Assembly (NCBI GenBank): GCA_016180525.1
Contig: JACPBB010000004.1
Span: forward strand, 1 to 38,941
DNA length: 38,941 bases
Direction of reading: 5' to 3'
Source of the DNA: Parcubacteria group bacterium
Lineage (GTDB): Bacteria > Patescibacteriota > Minisyncoccia > Phycocordibacterales > UBA2135
Below the pieces are notes generated by a model, which made no database searches, was not told the DNA's origin, and was given only the letters and a program-made list of their open reading frames with translations. A program made the translations under genes and the position numbers. This document shows positions 25,083 to 34,026 of the stretch, one piece after another; within the stretch, counting starts at the first letter, position 1, and every line of letters starts with the position of its first letter.

Positions 25083-25137
25083 GTCATTTTTTATCTTTCT
25101 TTTATACCTCTAATTCGCACGAATATGTCCTAATAAC

Positions 25138-25172
25138 AAATCTGAAATCTTAAATCATACATCGTAAATCTC
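25138..25172 (-). repeat. Heptamer tandem repeat directly after the dnaE stop
   Basis: Plus strand AAATCTG AAATCTT AAATCAT ACATCGT AAATCTC. Confidence 0.75.
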
Positions 25173-28100
25173 ATAGTTCTTTAACTTTTTCAATAATAAA
25201 ACTCGGCACTCCTTTTCTGTGCGATGTTTTTCCTCTTACTAAAATAGTTTTTTCCGTTTGTAAAAAATCTTTATATTCGTTAAATGCTCGGGGAAATACC
25301 ACTGTTTCTATGCTGTCGCCCAAGTCCGCGATTTTCAAAAACGCCATTTTTTCACCTTTTGCCGTTAAGATTGTTTTAACTTCCTCTACAATGCCGCCAA
25401 TAACGGTTGTTAACCCTTCACCCAATTTTTTTACCTTTTTAATATCAAGTTCAAGGCGTTTAAATTTTTCTTTATGTTCCAAAAGCGGATGTCCTGAAAT
25501 ATAAAGACCGAGTAATTCTTTTTCCCACGATAATTTTTCTTTTTGAGAAACAGGAGAAACTTCTTTGAGCCGCAGTTTTGGAACAGATTCTTGATTGCCC
25601 ATTAAGTTAAAGAGAGAATCTTGTTTTCGCGCATCCTTTTTTTGCTCTCGATTATACGCGAGCGCTTCTTCAGTATTCCCAAGCATTTGTTCTCTATTGC
25701 CAAACGCATCCATCGCCCCGCATTTAATGAGCGACTCCAGCGATTTTTTATTGAGATTTTTATGTTGAATACGCTCTAAAAAGTCAGCAAATGACTTAAA
25801 TTTCCCTCGCTCTTCTCGCTCGGCGATAATGGCGTTTCCAATTTCGTTACCAAAATTTTTTATGGAGTACAGTCCAAATCTGATCTTGTCGCCTGACAGA
25901 TTTTTAATAATAGTAAAATCTCCAAAGCTTTCATTTACATCGGGAGGAAGTACGGAGATGTTAAGTCGCACACACTCGGTAATCGCTTCGGCAATTTTTT
26001 CAACATCTCCAGCATCAGCATTGAGAATTGCCGCCATATATTCAGTGGGAAAATGTGCTTTCATATACGCGGTTTGATACGCAAATTTTCCATAACTTGC
26101 CGCATGTGCCTTATTAAACCCGTAGCCCTGAAATGGCTCAAAAAGCTTCCACATTGCCTCTGCCGCGTCTTTACTCATGCCTCCGTGTTTCTGACAACCC
26201 TCAACAAACATAATATGCTGTCGCGCCATCTCTTCGGGGATTTTCTTTCCGACTGCTTTTCTAAATTTATCAACCTCGCCCCAACTATACCCGGCGACTT
26301 CAATCGCGGTCATCAATAGGTCGTCCTGATATACTAAAACACCATATGTTGTATCAAGAAAATTTTTCATTTTAGGATGAGTATAAGTAACAGGTTTGCT
26401 GCCATGCTTTCTGGCAATATATTCATTAATGTTATCCATAGGTCCCGGACGATAAAGTGCTATCATAACATTGATGTCATGAATAGTGGTAGGCTTTAAT
26501 TCTTTCAAATACTGCGTCATACCAGAGCCGTTGAGCTGGAAAAGCCCCATTGTTTCTCCGCGCGCTAATTTTACAAATGTTTCTTTGTCATCAAGCGGAA
26601 TTCGTTCAATATCTATGTCCACTCCGTGGAATTTTTTAGCAAGCCGTATGGAATTACTCAAGATAGTAAGATTTTTAATTCCCAGAAAATCCAATTTCAA
26701 AAGCCCCACATCCTCTATTGCGTGCATATCATATTGAGTAATGACGCCTTTTTCGTGTGGGTCGTATTGGAGTGGTACCGTCTCCATAAGTGGATAAGGA
26801 GCTATGACCACTCCTGCCGCATGAACAGAGACGTGGCGCGCACAACCCTCAAGCCGTTTCGCGAGGTCAACAATTTCTCTTACTTCCTCTTCTTTTTCAT
26901 ACAGCTCACGCAGTTCGGGTGTTGTTTCAAGCGCTCGCTCGATGGTCATTGGAAACCCTTGCGAACCCATAGGAATAAGTTTTGCGATTCTATCGCCAAC
27001 AATATATGGTTTCCCTAAAGAACGGGCGACATCGCGCACTGCGCCTCGTGCCATCATGGTGCCGTATGTGCCGATTTGCGCGACGTGTGTTTCTCCGTAT
27101 TTTTGTTTTGCATACTGTATTACCTCATCCCGCCTTGTATCTTCAAAATCCATGTCAATATCAGGAGCAGAGGGCCGATGAGGGTTTAAAAATCTCTCAA
27201 ACGGAAGTTTATATTCAATAGGATTTACGTTAGTGATACCAAGCAGATACGAGACAAAAGAGCCAGCGGCAGAACCTCTGGTATTCGTTAAGATGTTATT
27301 TTCTCGAGAAAAACGAAGGAGGTCGGCAACGACTAAAAAGTAGGGTGAAAATTGTTTGGTTTTTATAATATCCAGCTCATAGGCAATGCGGGCAATATGT
27401 TCTTCTGTTTTAGATAAATTGCGAAACGAAAGCCCTTCGTATGTTAATCGTTCAAGCTCTTTGTCGTGCGTAGTCTCGGCACTAACTTTAAAATCAGGAA
27501 AAATCCAGCTGCCAAGCGAAAGCTCAATCTCGCACATATCCGCAATTTTTTTTGTGTTTTCTATTGCTTCTGGAATATCTTTAAAATTGTTCCATGCTGT
27601 TTCTGAATCTATAAAATGAAAATCATGTCCCGCAAACGTAAGCCGCTTTTCATCTCCAATATCGGTGTTCGTCTGGATTGCGATAAGCGTATCGTGCGCT
27701 CGCGCGTCATCTTCATGTAGATAATGCGAGTCATGTGTTGCGACAAGAGGAACATTGAATTTTTCCCCAAGTGCGATTGTTTGTTTTCGCACTTCATTAA
27801 GACCCTCTATGTCCGGGTGATGCATAATTTCAAGAAAATAATTTTCTTTTCCAAATATTTCTTGATGCTCTGTTATGACTTTCTCCGCCCCTTCCACGTT
27901 TTTATTTCGGAGAGCCCGTGAAAGTTCACTTCCAAAACATCCGGAAAGACAAATGAGCCCTTCACTATGCGCGCGAAGCAGTTCTTTGTCCATTCGCGGT
28001 TTGTAATAATACCCTTCAAGGTGCGAGAGGGTGACAAGCTTAATTAAATTTTTATATCCCGTATTATTTTTTGCCAAAAGCGTCAGGTGAAAACGCTTAT

Positions 28101-28359
28101 TATCAATTCCCGGCTGTTTATCATGCCGTGTTCGTTTTGCAATATACGCCTCAACGCCTATAATCGGTTTAATTCCTGCCTTTTTACATTCCTTATAAAA
28201 TTGAATGGCTCCATAAAGTGCTCCGTGGTCAGTTAAGGCAAGCGCTGGCATGCCGTAAGATTTCGTAAGCGAGACCATCTCCGTAATTTTTGACAGACCG
28301 TCTAAGAGCGAGTAGTGGCTATGCGTATGGAGATGAATAAAAGGAGTTTTTGAACCCAT
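25171..28359 (-). CDS. dnaE: DNA polymerase III alpha subunit
   Basis: PHP domain HLHTHSHYSLLDG, RGSAAGS, PDIDMDF, KLDFLG, YGFNKAHAA, C-terminal OB fold. Confidence 0.98.
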   Translation of the reverse strand: MGSKTPFIHLHTHSHYSLLDGLSKITEMVSLTKSYGMPALALTDHGALYGAIQFYKECKKAGIKPIIGVEAYIAKRTRHDKQPGIDNKRFHLTLLAKNNTGYKNLIKLVTLSHLEGYYYKPRMDKELLRAHSEGLICLSGCFGSELSRALRNKNVEGAEKVITEHQEIFGKENYFLEIMHHPDIEGLNEVRKQTIALGEKFNVPLVATHDSHYLHEDDARAHDTLIAIQTNTDIGDEKRLTFAGHDFHFIDSETAWNNFKDIPEAIENTKKIADMCEIELSLGSWIFPDFKVSAETTHDKELERLTYEGLSFRNLSKTEEHIARIAYELDIIKTKQFSPYFLVVADLLRFSRENNILTNTRGSAAGSFVSYLLGITNVNPIEYKLPFERFLNPHRPSAPDIDMDFEDTRRDEVIQYAKQKYGETHVAQIGTYGTMMARGAVRDVARSLGKPYIVGDRIAKLIPMGSQGFPMTIERALETTPELRELYEKEEEVREIVDLAKRLEGCARHVSVHAAGVVIAPYPLMETVPLQYDPHEKGVITQYDMHAIEDVGLLKLDFLGIKNLTILSNSIRLAKKFHGVDIDIERIPLDDKETFVKLARGETMGLFQLNGSGMTQYLKELKPTTIHDINVMIALYRPGPMDNINEYIARKHGSKPVTYTHPKMKNFLDTTYGVLVYQDDLLMTAIEVAGYSWGEVDKFRKAVGKKIPEEMARQHIMFVEGCQKHGGMSKDAAEAMWKLFEPFQGYGFNKAHAASYGKFAYQTAYMKAHFPTEYMAAILNADAGDVEKIAEAITECVRLNISVLPPDVNESFGDFTIIKNLSGDKIRFGLYSIKNFGNEIGNAIIAEREERGKFKSFADFLERIQHKNLNKKSLESLIKCGAMDAFGNREQMLGNTEEALAYNREQKKDARKQDSLFNLMGNQESVPKLRLKEVSPVSQKEKLSWEKELLGLYISGHPLLEHKEKFKRLELDIKKVKKLGEGLTTVIGGIVEEVKTILTAKGEKMAFLKIADLGDSIETVVFPRAFNEYKDFLQTEKTILVRGKTSHRKGVPSFIIEKVKEL

Positions 28360-28400
28360 GATACAATAAGTATATCATATAGAAATAACCTCTACGCTCT

Positions 28401-28988
28401 GTGGAAAAAAAATATTTGATAGGAATTGATGAAGTCGGAAGAGGCCCGCTCGCGGGACCTGTCGCCGTTGCAGCAGTCTTGTTTTTTCCGCACTTTGATA
28501 CGCGGCACCTCAAGGGAATCAAAGACTCAAAAAAACTCAGTCCTCAAAAACGTGAATTGTGGCTTGAAAAAGCTATTACTTTGAAAAAAGACGGGTATAT
28601 TGATTTTTCAGTTTCCTTTAGCAGTGAAAAGGTAATCGATAAAAAAGGCATTATGCACGCAATTCGACTTTCCCTAAAGCGTTCTGTAAAAAAAATGTGT
28701 AAAAGCCCCTATGAAACATATATATATCTTGATGGGGGACTTACCGCGCCCAAAATGTATCCGTTTCAAAAGACAATTATCCGAGGAGACGAACTTTTGT
28801 CAATTATTGCCCTCGCGTCCATTATTGCAAAAGTGGGGCGAGACAGAAAAATGGAAGAATATGCCGAACAATTTCCAGAATATGGATTCGAACAGCATAA
28901 AGGGTATGGCACCGACGCACACTATAAGGCAATTCAAAAATATGGTCTTTGCGCGATTCATCGGAGAAGTTTTTTGCATACAATATAA
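28401..28988 (+). CDS. rnhB: Ribonuclease HII
   Basis: GIDEVGRGPLAGPV, DSKKL, ASIIAKV.RD, HKGYGT, HRRSF; GTG start. Confidence 0.96.
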   Translation: MEKKYLIGIDEVGRGPLAGPVAVAAVLFFPHFDTRHLKGIKDSKKLSPQKRELWLEKAITLKKDGYIDFSVSFSSEKVIDKKGIMHAIRLSLKRSVKKMCKSPYETYIYLDGGLTAPKMYPFQKTIIRGDELLSIIALASIIAKVGRDRKMEEYAEQFPEYGFEQHKGYGTDAHYKAIQKYGLCAIHRRSFLHTI

Positions 28989-29028
28989 ATGCTTGCAATT
29001 ATAACAAAATAAGGTACAATAGGATTTT

Positions 29029-29256
29029 ATGGTCGTACGAATGAGATCAACCCGTTCGCATACGCGAAATCGGCGCTCCCACCACAAATTAATGGAGCCC
29101 CGTTTTTCGATATGCGCAAAGTGTGGAGCAAAACACATCCGTCATGTGGCATGTCTTTCGTGCGGAACATATCGAGAAAGAATGGTTCTTGATGTCGCCA
29201 AAAAGGCGATTAAAAAAGAAAGGAAGGCAAAAAAACGAGAAACAGAAGTAAAATAG
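29029..29256 (+). CDS. rpmF: 50S ribosomal protein L32 (Zn-binding form)
   Basis: RRSH...CAKCG...HVACLSCGTY. Confidence 0.93.
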   Translation: MVVRMRSTRSHTRNRRSHHKLMEPRFSICAKCGAKHIRHVACLSCGTYRERMVLDVAKKAIKKERKAKKRETEVK

Positions 29257-29356
29257 AATAATCGCGTAGCTCGAAGCGTGTAGCGCGCAACCCGGGAAGT
29301 TATTTACAATTACATATTTTTGAGTTATGTGCTACAAGTTATAAGACTCGAGACAT

Positions 29357-30250
29357 ATGGCTAATAGGCACCTTTCAAGAAGTATTGTTATGCAGTCACT
29401 CTTTGAGTGGGATTTTAATGACAGACAGGAAAAATTGGAAACAATTTTGGAACGCAACATAAAAGAATTTGCGCCCGGTATTAGTGTTGATGAATATCCA
29501 AAAGAATTAACAATAAATGTACAGAAAAAAATTAAAGTTCTTGACTCTATTATAGTCAAGGCTGCGCCAGAGTGGCCTATTCCTAAAATCGCGATTGTTG
29601 ACCGGAATATTTTACGTATTGGACTCTACGAATTACTTTTTATGGACAAGGGAGAAGTTCCCGCGAAAGTTGCCATAAATGAGGCGATAGAGCTTGCAAA
29701 AACATTTGGCGGAGAAACAAGCGGAAAATTTGTAAACGGTGTTTTAGGGGCGGTGTATAGAGAGCTTGGAGAGCCTGGAAAAGATGAAGGGAAAAAAAGA
29801 AAACATCCTCCCGCAACTGTTCCCTATGAGAAAATGCCGATTGAAAAATTGGGAGGTGCAGTGGTATACGCACAAAATAATAAAAAGATATATTTAGCGT
29901 TTGTGCATGATATTTTTGGACACTGGACTCTTTCAAAGGGGAAAATAGAAGCAAAGGAAGATGAAAGCGAGGGGACAATAAGAGAGATTAAAGAAGAAAT
30001 TGGGGTTGATATAAAAATACAAGGAGAGATTGGAAAAAACGAATATATTGCTTCTGACCCGGAGCGCGGCAAAATACGAAAACAAGTAACATATTTTCTG
30101 GGAGAGGCTCTATATATGCCTCTTACTCTTGGTAAATCGGGCGGCCTTGACGCAACACGATGGTTCTCGCTTGACGAAATATCCGGACTTAACATATATG
30201 ATGATATTTTGCCGATTCTTGCAAAAGGTATTAAAATGATTACAAAATAA
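29357..30250 (+). CDS. nusB: NusB fused to a C-terminal NUDIX domain
   Basis: VDRNILR, KVAINEAIELAKTFG...KFVNGVL, then WTLSKGKIEAKEDESEGTIREIKEEIG. Confidence 0.93.
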   Translation: MANRHLSRSIVMQSLFEWDFNDRQEKLETILERNIKEFAPGISVDEYPKELTINVQKKIKVLDSIIVKAAPEWPIPKIAIVDRNILRIGLYELLFMDKGEVPAKVAINEAIELAKTFGGETSGKFVNGVLGAVYRELGEPGKDEGKKRKHPPATVPYEKMPIEKLGGAVVYAQNNKKIYLAFVHDIFGHWTLSKGKIEAKEDESEGTIREIKEEIGVDIKIQGEIGKNEYIASDPERGKIRKQVTYFLGEALYMPLTLGKSGGLDATRWFSLDEISGLNIYDDILPILAKGIKMITK

Positions 30251-30254
30251 TAAC

Positions 30255-30356
30255 TGAATAATACAAATATACAAATTGTACGAATGATACCAATGGATAC
30301 GAATATGTCTCATTAGTATTATTCGTATCATTCGCACGCATTAGTATATTGGTATT
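30255..30356. repeat. Inverted pair of short degenerate tandem arrays (TACGAAT / ATTCGTA)
   Basis: ATACAAAT ATACAAAT TGTACGAAT GATACCAAT GGATACGAAT, then ATTAGTATT ATTCGTATC ATTCGCACGC ATTAGTAT ATTGGTAT. Confidence 0.8.
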
Positions 30357-30365
30357 GCGTTTGAT

Positions 30366-31064
30366 ATGAAATCAATTGATTTTTCAGGGTTTGAGAAAAA
30401 AATACAAGTTACTTTTAAAGAAAAAGCTCTCCTAACACAAGCATTTACCCATCGTTCGTATTTAAACGAGAATCCAGAGAAAGCAACGCACCATAACGAA
30501 CGGCTTGAATTTTTAGGGGATGCGGTATTAGAGCTTATTGTTACTGAATTTTTATTTGGAAAATATCCGCACAAAACTGAAGGAGAACTCACTTCATATA
30601 GGGCGGCTCTCGTAAATACAAACGCACTTGCCGAAGTGTCGGGAGAATTGGGCGTAAATACATACCTGCTTCTTTCACGGGGAGAAAGCAAGGATGTTGG
30701 AAAGGCACGACAATATATTCTTGCAAATACCTTTGAGGCGATAGTTGGAGCACTATATCTTGATCAGGGATACGCAACAGTACGTGATTTTATCGCGCGC
30801 TCTGTGTTCCCACACCTCGACAAAGTGCTAAAAGAACGACTTTGGCAGGATGCCAAAAGCAGATTTCAAGAAAAAGCACAGGAAATAACGAGCATTACTC
30901 CACGATATGAAGTACTTACGGAGTCAGGCCCAGATCACAACAAAATATTTGTTGTGGGAGTATTTTTAAACAACGAGCTTATCGCGGAAGGAAGAGGGTC
31001 TTCTAAGCAAATTGCAGAACAGTACGCGGCAAAAAATGCCCTTGAAAAAAAGGGGTGGACCTAA
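30366..31064 (+). CDS. rnc: Ribonuclease III
   Basis: AFTHRSY, NERLEFLGDAVL, ANTFEA, dsRBD with GPDH. Confidence 0.98.
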   Translation: MKSIDFSGFEKKIQVTFKEKALLTQAFTHRSYLNENPEKATHHNERLEFLGDAVLELIVTEFLFGKYPHKTEGELTSYRAALVNTNALAEVSGELGVNTYLLLSRGESKDVGKARQYILANTFEAIVGALYLDQGYATVRDFIARSVFPHLDKVLKERLWQDAKSRFQEKAQEITSITPRYEVLTESGPDHNKIFVVGVFLNNELIAEGRGSSKQIAEQYAAKNALEKKGWT

Positions 31065-31139
31065 ACATGAATTATGAATCTTGTAGCGTAGAACTCGAGT
31101 AAAAAAATCTTGCGTTACAAGTTACATGTTATACGATAT

Positions 31140-33389
31140 ATGTTACTTAAACGTCTTGAACTCTCCGGATTTAAATCATTCGCACGACCAACCGTACTTG
31201 AATTTACGACCCCTATAACCGGAATTGTCGGTCCAAATGGGTCAGGGAAATCAAACATTGCGGAGGCGGTTCGCTTTGTGCTGGGCGAACAATCAATTAA
31301 ATCCTTGCGCGGTAAACGCGGTGAGGATCTGATTTTTAATGGAACACCGTCTGTATCGCGACAGGCAAAAGCCTCTGTTGCGATCGTATTTGATAATAGT
31401 AAACGAGCGCTTTCCATTGACTATGACGAGGTTTCAATAAAAAGAATTGTATATAGAGACTCCACAAGCGAGTATGTAGTAAACGGGAGCCGCGTGCGGC
31501 TTAAAGATATATTAGAGATGCTTTCGTCAGTCCATATTGGGGCATCAAGCCACCATATAATTTCTCAAGGAGAAGCCGATCGAATACTTTTAGCGTCAAT
31601 AAAAGAGCGCAGAAGCATGATTGAAGACGCTCTTGGGCTTAAGATATATCACTACAAGAAATCGGAAAGTGAACGAAAATTAGATAAAACTAATGAAAAT
31701 CTAGCACAAGTAAAAGCACTTAAAAAAGAAATTGAACCTCATTTGCGATTTCTTGAGAAACAGGTAACAAAAATAAAACAAGCTGAACAATTTCGTGAGG
31801 AACTGAAAAATCTATACAAGGCATATTTTGAAAGAGAGGCATTTTATTTGGACAGTGAACGAAAAAAACTAGATAATGAACGCGCTGCTCCATCACAGGA
31901 GCTCTCCGTAGTTGAGCATTCAATAAAAAACATCGAGCAAACATTGCGCCTGGCAAATGAAGAAAAACAAGTATATCTTGAAATAGCAGAAATTGAAAAA
32001 AATATTGATCATGCTCGAAAAAGAAAAGATGAACTTTCACGCTCCCTCGGAAAAATTGAGGGATTTGTGGAGTATGAAAAAAGAAAACTTACTGAAGAGG
32101 AGCATAAAGCTGTTGAAAAAAAAGACATCATAGTGAATGAAGGGGCCCTTACTGAATTCCGCGCGTCCATCGGGACCATCAATAAAGAAGCCGAGCACGA
32201 GGAAAGCGTGGAAAAACTTCGAGCAGTAATAAATAATATATTTAAAATAACAGAAACATTTTGTGAAAAATTAATCAATAAAAATATTGGCGGCGCTCTT
32301 GTAACAGAATTAAAAAAAACGCTTGAGTCAAGACGGAACGAGCAAGAGAATCTTGAACATGAGATGGAGCGAATTAAAAAAGAGGAATCTGAGCTTTTGG
32401 AAAAACGCTTACAACTTCGACATGCCGTGGAAATAAAGGCAGGGAAAGAGCGGGAGAGTGAACGAGAAATGTTTGCGCTTCAAAATAAAAAAACAGAACT
32501 CCGCGCAGTTTTAAATTTAATAAAAGTAAAAGAGGAACAACTTACTATTCTGCAATTAGACTTTGAGTCATTTTTAAAAGAAGCAGAAGCACTCATTGGA
32601 GCTGTCTCATATAACCAGAGAGAAATTGTTTTACCCGAAGAACGCTCCGTGCAAAACGAAAGAAAAAATACCATTATTAGAATAAAGATTAAACTTGAGG
32701 AAATTGGCGTTGGAGGAGGAGAGATAATAAAAGAATATAAAGAAATAAAAGACAGAAATGAATTTTTAGAAAAAGAAATTACTGATTTAGAAAAAAGTGC
32801 GGAATCGCTTACAAATCTCATAGAAGAGCTTGCAGAAAAGATTAACGAGGAATTTAAAGTCGGTGTTCAAAAAATAAATAAAAATTTTCAAGAATTGTTT
32901 ATGGTTATGTTTGGCGGTGGGAAGGCTTCAATTCGTGTCATTACTCCCAAAAAACAAATAAAGAAAGATGAGTCAATAACATCCGATGAAGAAATTAACT
33001 CCGGTGATTTTGAAGAATCGGAGCCGGAAGAAGGCCTTGATATTTCTGTTTCTTTGCCAAGAAAAAAAATAAAGGGACTTATGATGCTCTCTGGAGGAGA
33101 GCGAGCACTTGTCTCTATTGCTCTTATTTTTGCGATGACTCGAGTCAATCCACCACCGTTTTTAATTTTAGATGAAACTGATGCCGCCCTAGACGAGGTA
33201 AACTCTAGAAAATATGGGGAGATGCTTAAAAATCTGGCAAAAGAAACAGAACTTATATTAATTACGCACAACAGAGAAACAATGGCTCATGCGGGAGTTT
33301 TATACGGAGTAACCGCTATAGACGGTGTTTCGCGTCTTCTATCAGTCAAGTTTGATGAAGCAGAAAGTCTGGCTGAAAAGACTACTTAG
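31140..33389 (+). CDS. smc: SMC-family ATPase, short (about 749 aa)
   Basis: GFKSFA, GPNGSGKSN, LRG, ISQG, coiled coil, LSGGE, ILDETDAALD, ITHN; follows rnc as smc commonly does. Confidence 0.88.
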   Translation: MLLKRLELSGFKSFARPTVLEFTTPITGIVGPNGSGKSNIAEAVRFVLGEQSIKSLRGKRGEDLIFNGTPSVSRQAKASVAIVFDNSKRALSIDYDEVSIKRIVYRDSTSEYVVNGSRVRLKDILEMLSSVHIGASSHHIISQGEADRILLASIKERRSMIEDALGLKIYHYKKSESERKLDKTNENLAQVKALKKEIEPHLRFLEKQVTKIKQAEQFREELKNLYKAYFEREAFYLDSERKKLDNERAAPSQELSVVEHSIKNIEQTLRLANEEKQVYLEIAEIEKNIDHARKRKDELSRSLGKIEGFVEYEKRKLTEEEHKAVEKKDIIVNEGALTEFRASIGTINKEAEHEESVEKLRAVINNIFKITETFCEKLINKNIGGALVTELKKTLESRRNEQENLEHEMERIKKEESELLEKRLQLRHAVEIKAGKERESEREMFALQNKKTELRAVLNLIKVKEEQLTILQLDFESFLKEAEALIGAVSYNQREIVLPEERSVQNERKNTIIRIKIKLEEIGVGGGEIIKEYKEIKDRNEFLEKEITDLEKSAESLTNLIEELAEKINEEFKVGVQKINKNFQELFMVMFGGGKASIRVITPKKQIKKDESITSDEEINSGDFEESEPEEGLDISVSLPRKKIKGLMMLSGGERALVSIALIFAMTRVNPPPFLILDETDAALDEVNSRKYGEMLKNLAKETELILITHNRETMAHAGVLYGVTAIDGVSRLLSVKFDEAESLAEKTT

Positions 33390-34018
33390 CGTCTATTTTC
33401 AAGCGCTTGCCGTATAGTTTCGGAATCTGAATATTCTAATTCAGTTCCTGTAGACATGCCTCTTCCAAGAGTTGATATTTTAATTCCATGTTTTTTTGCA
33501 ATTGGGGCAATGATATTTTTAATATACGTAGTTGTATAGTCTCCGTTGGGGTGAGCACTAAGAGCTATAATAACTTCTTCTAATTTTTTTGTAGGAGCAT
33601 CTTTTTTTAATCTTGCGACAAGACTTGCTATTCGTGCCGACGACTCCTTATTTAAGGAAGATACGAGGCCACCCAAAACAAAATATGTTCCATGAAATGC
33701 GTTGCCTTTTTGAATATTTTCAAGATCAATATCTTTTTCAACGATAATAAGAATAGAGGAGTTGACATTTTTTACGCATAAAGAACACTCGTTTTTTTCT
33801 GGCTTTTCCGACTCGTCTCTACTTTGGCGAGACTGGTCTTCAAAAAAACGAAAACATCGAGTACATTGTTTAGTTTCTTTTTTAAGATTTTGTAGGAGAA
33901 ATATAAATTCTTCAATGTAACGAGGTTCTGCTAAAAGAAGATGGTACACAAACCTGCGTGCTTGACGAAGTCCTATACCTGGAAATTTTAGAAAAACAGA
34001 AACAAGGCGGTCAATCAT
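33386..34018 (-). CDS. recR: Recombination mediator RecR
   Basis: HhH motif FPGIG, C4 zinc finger, YFVLGG, Toprim EVIIAL, GTELEYSD. Confidence 0.93.
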   Translation of the reverse strand: MIDRLVSVFLKFPGIGLRQARRFVYHLLLAEPRYIEEFIFLLQNLKKETKQCTRCFRFFEDQSRQSRDESEKPEKNECSLCVKNVNSSILIIVEKDIDLENIQKGNAFHGTYFVLGGLVSSLNKESSARIASLVARLKKDAPTKKLEEVIIALSAHPNGDYTTTYIKNIIAPIAKKHGIKISTLGRGMSTGTELEYSDSETIRQALENRR

Positions 34019-34026
34019 AGTAGATA

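Noticed and set aside
24817-25170. T-box leader for thrS
   Set aside because: No T-box consensus on the minus strand; thrS has a -10 box directly before its ATG, and the structured unit is oriented on the plus strand.
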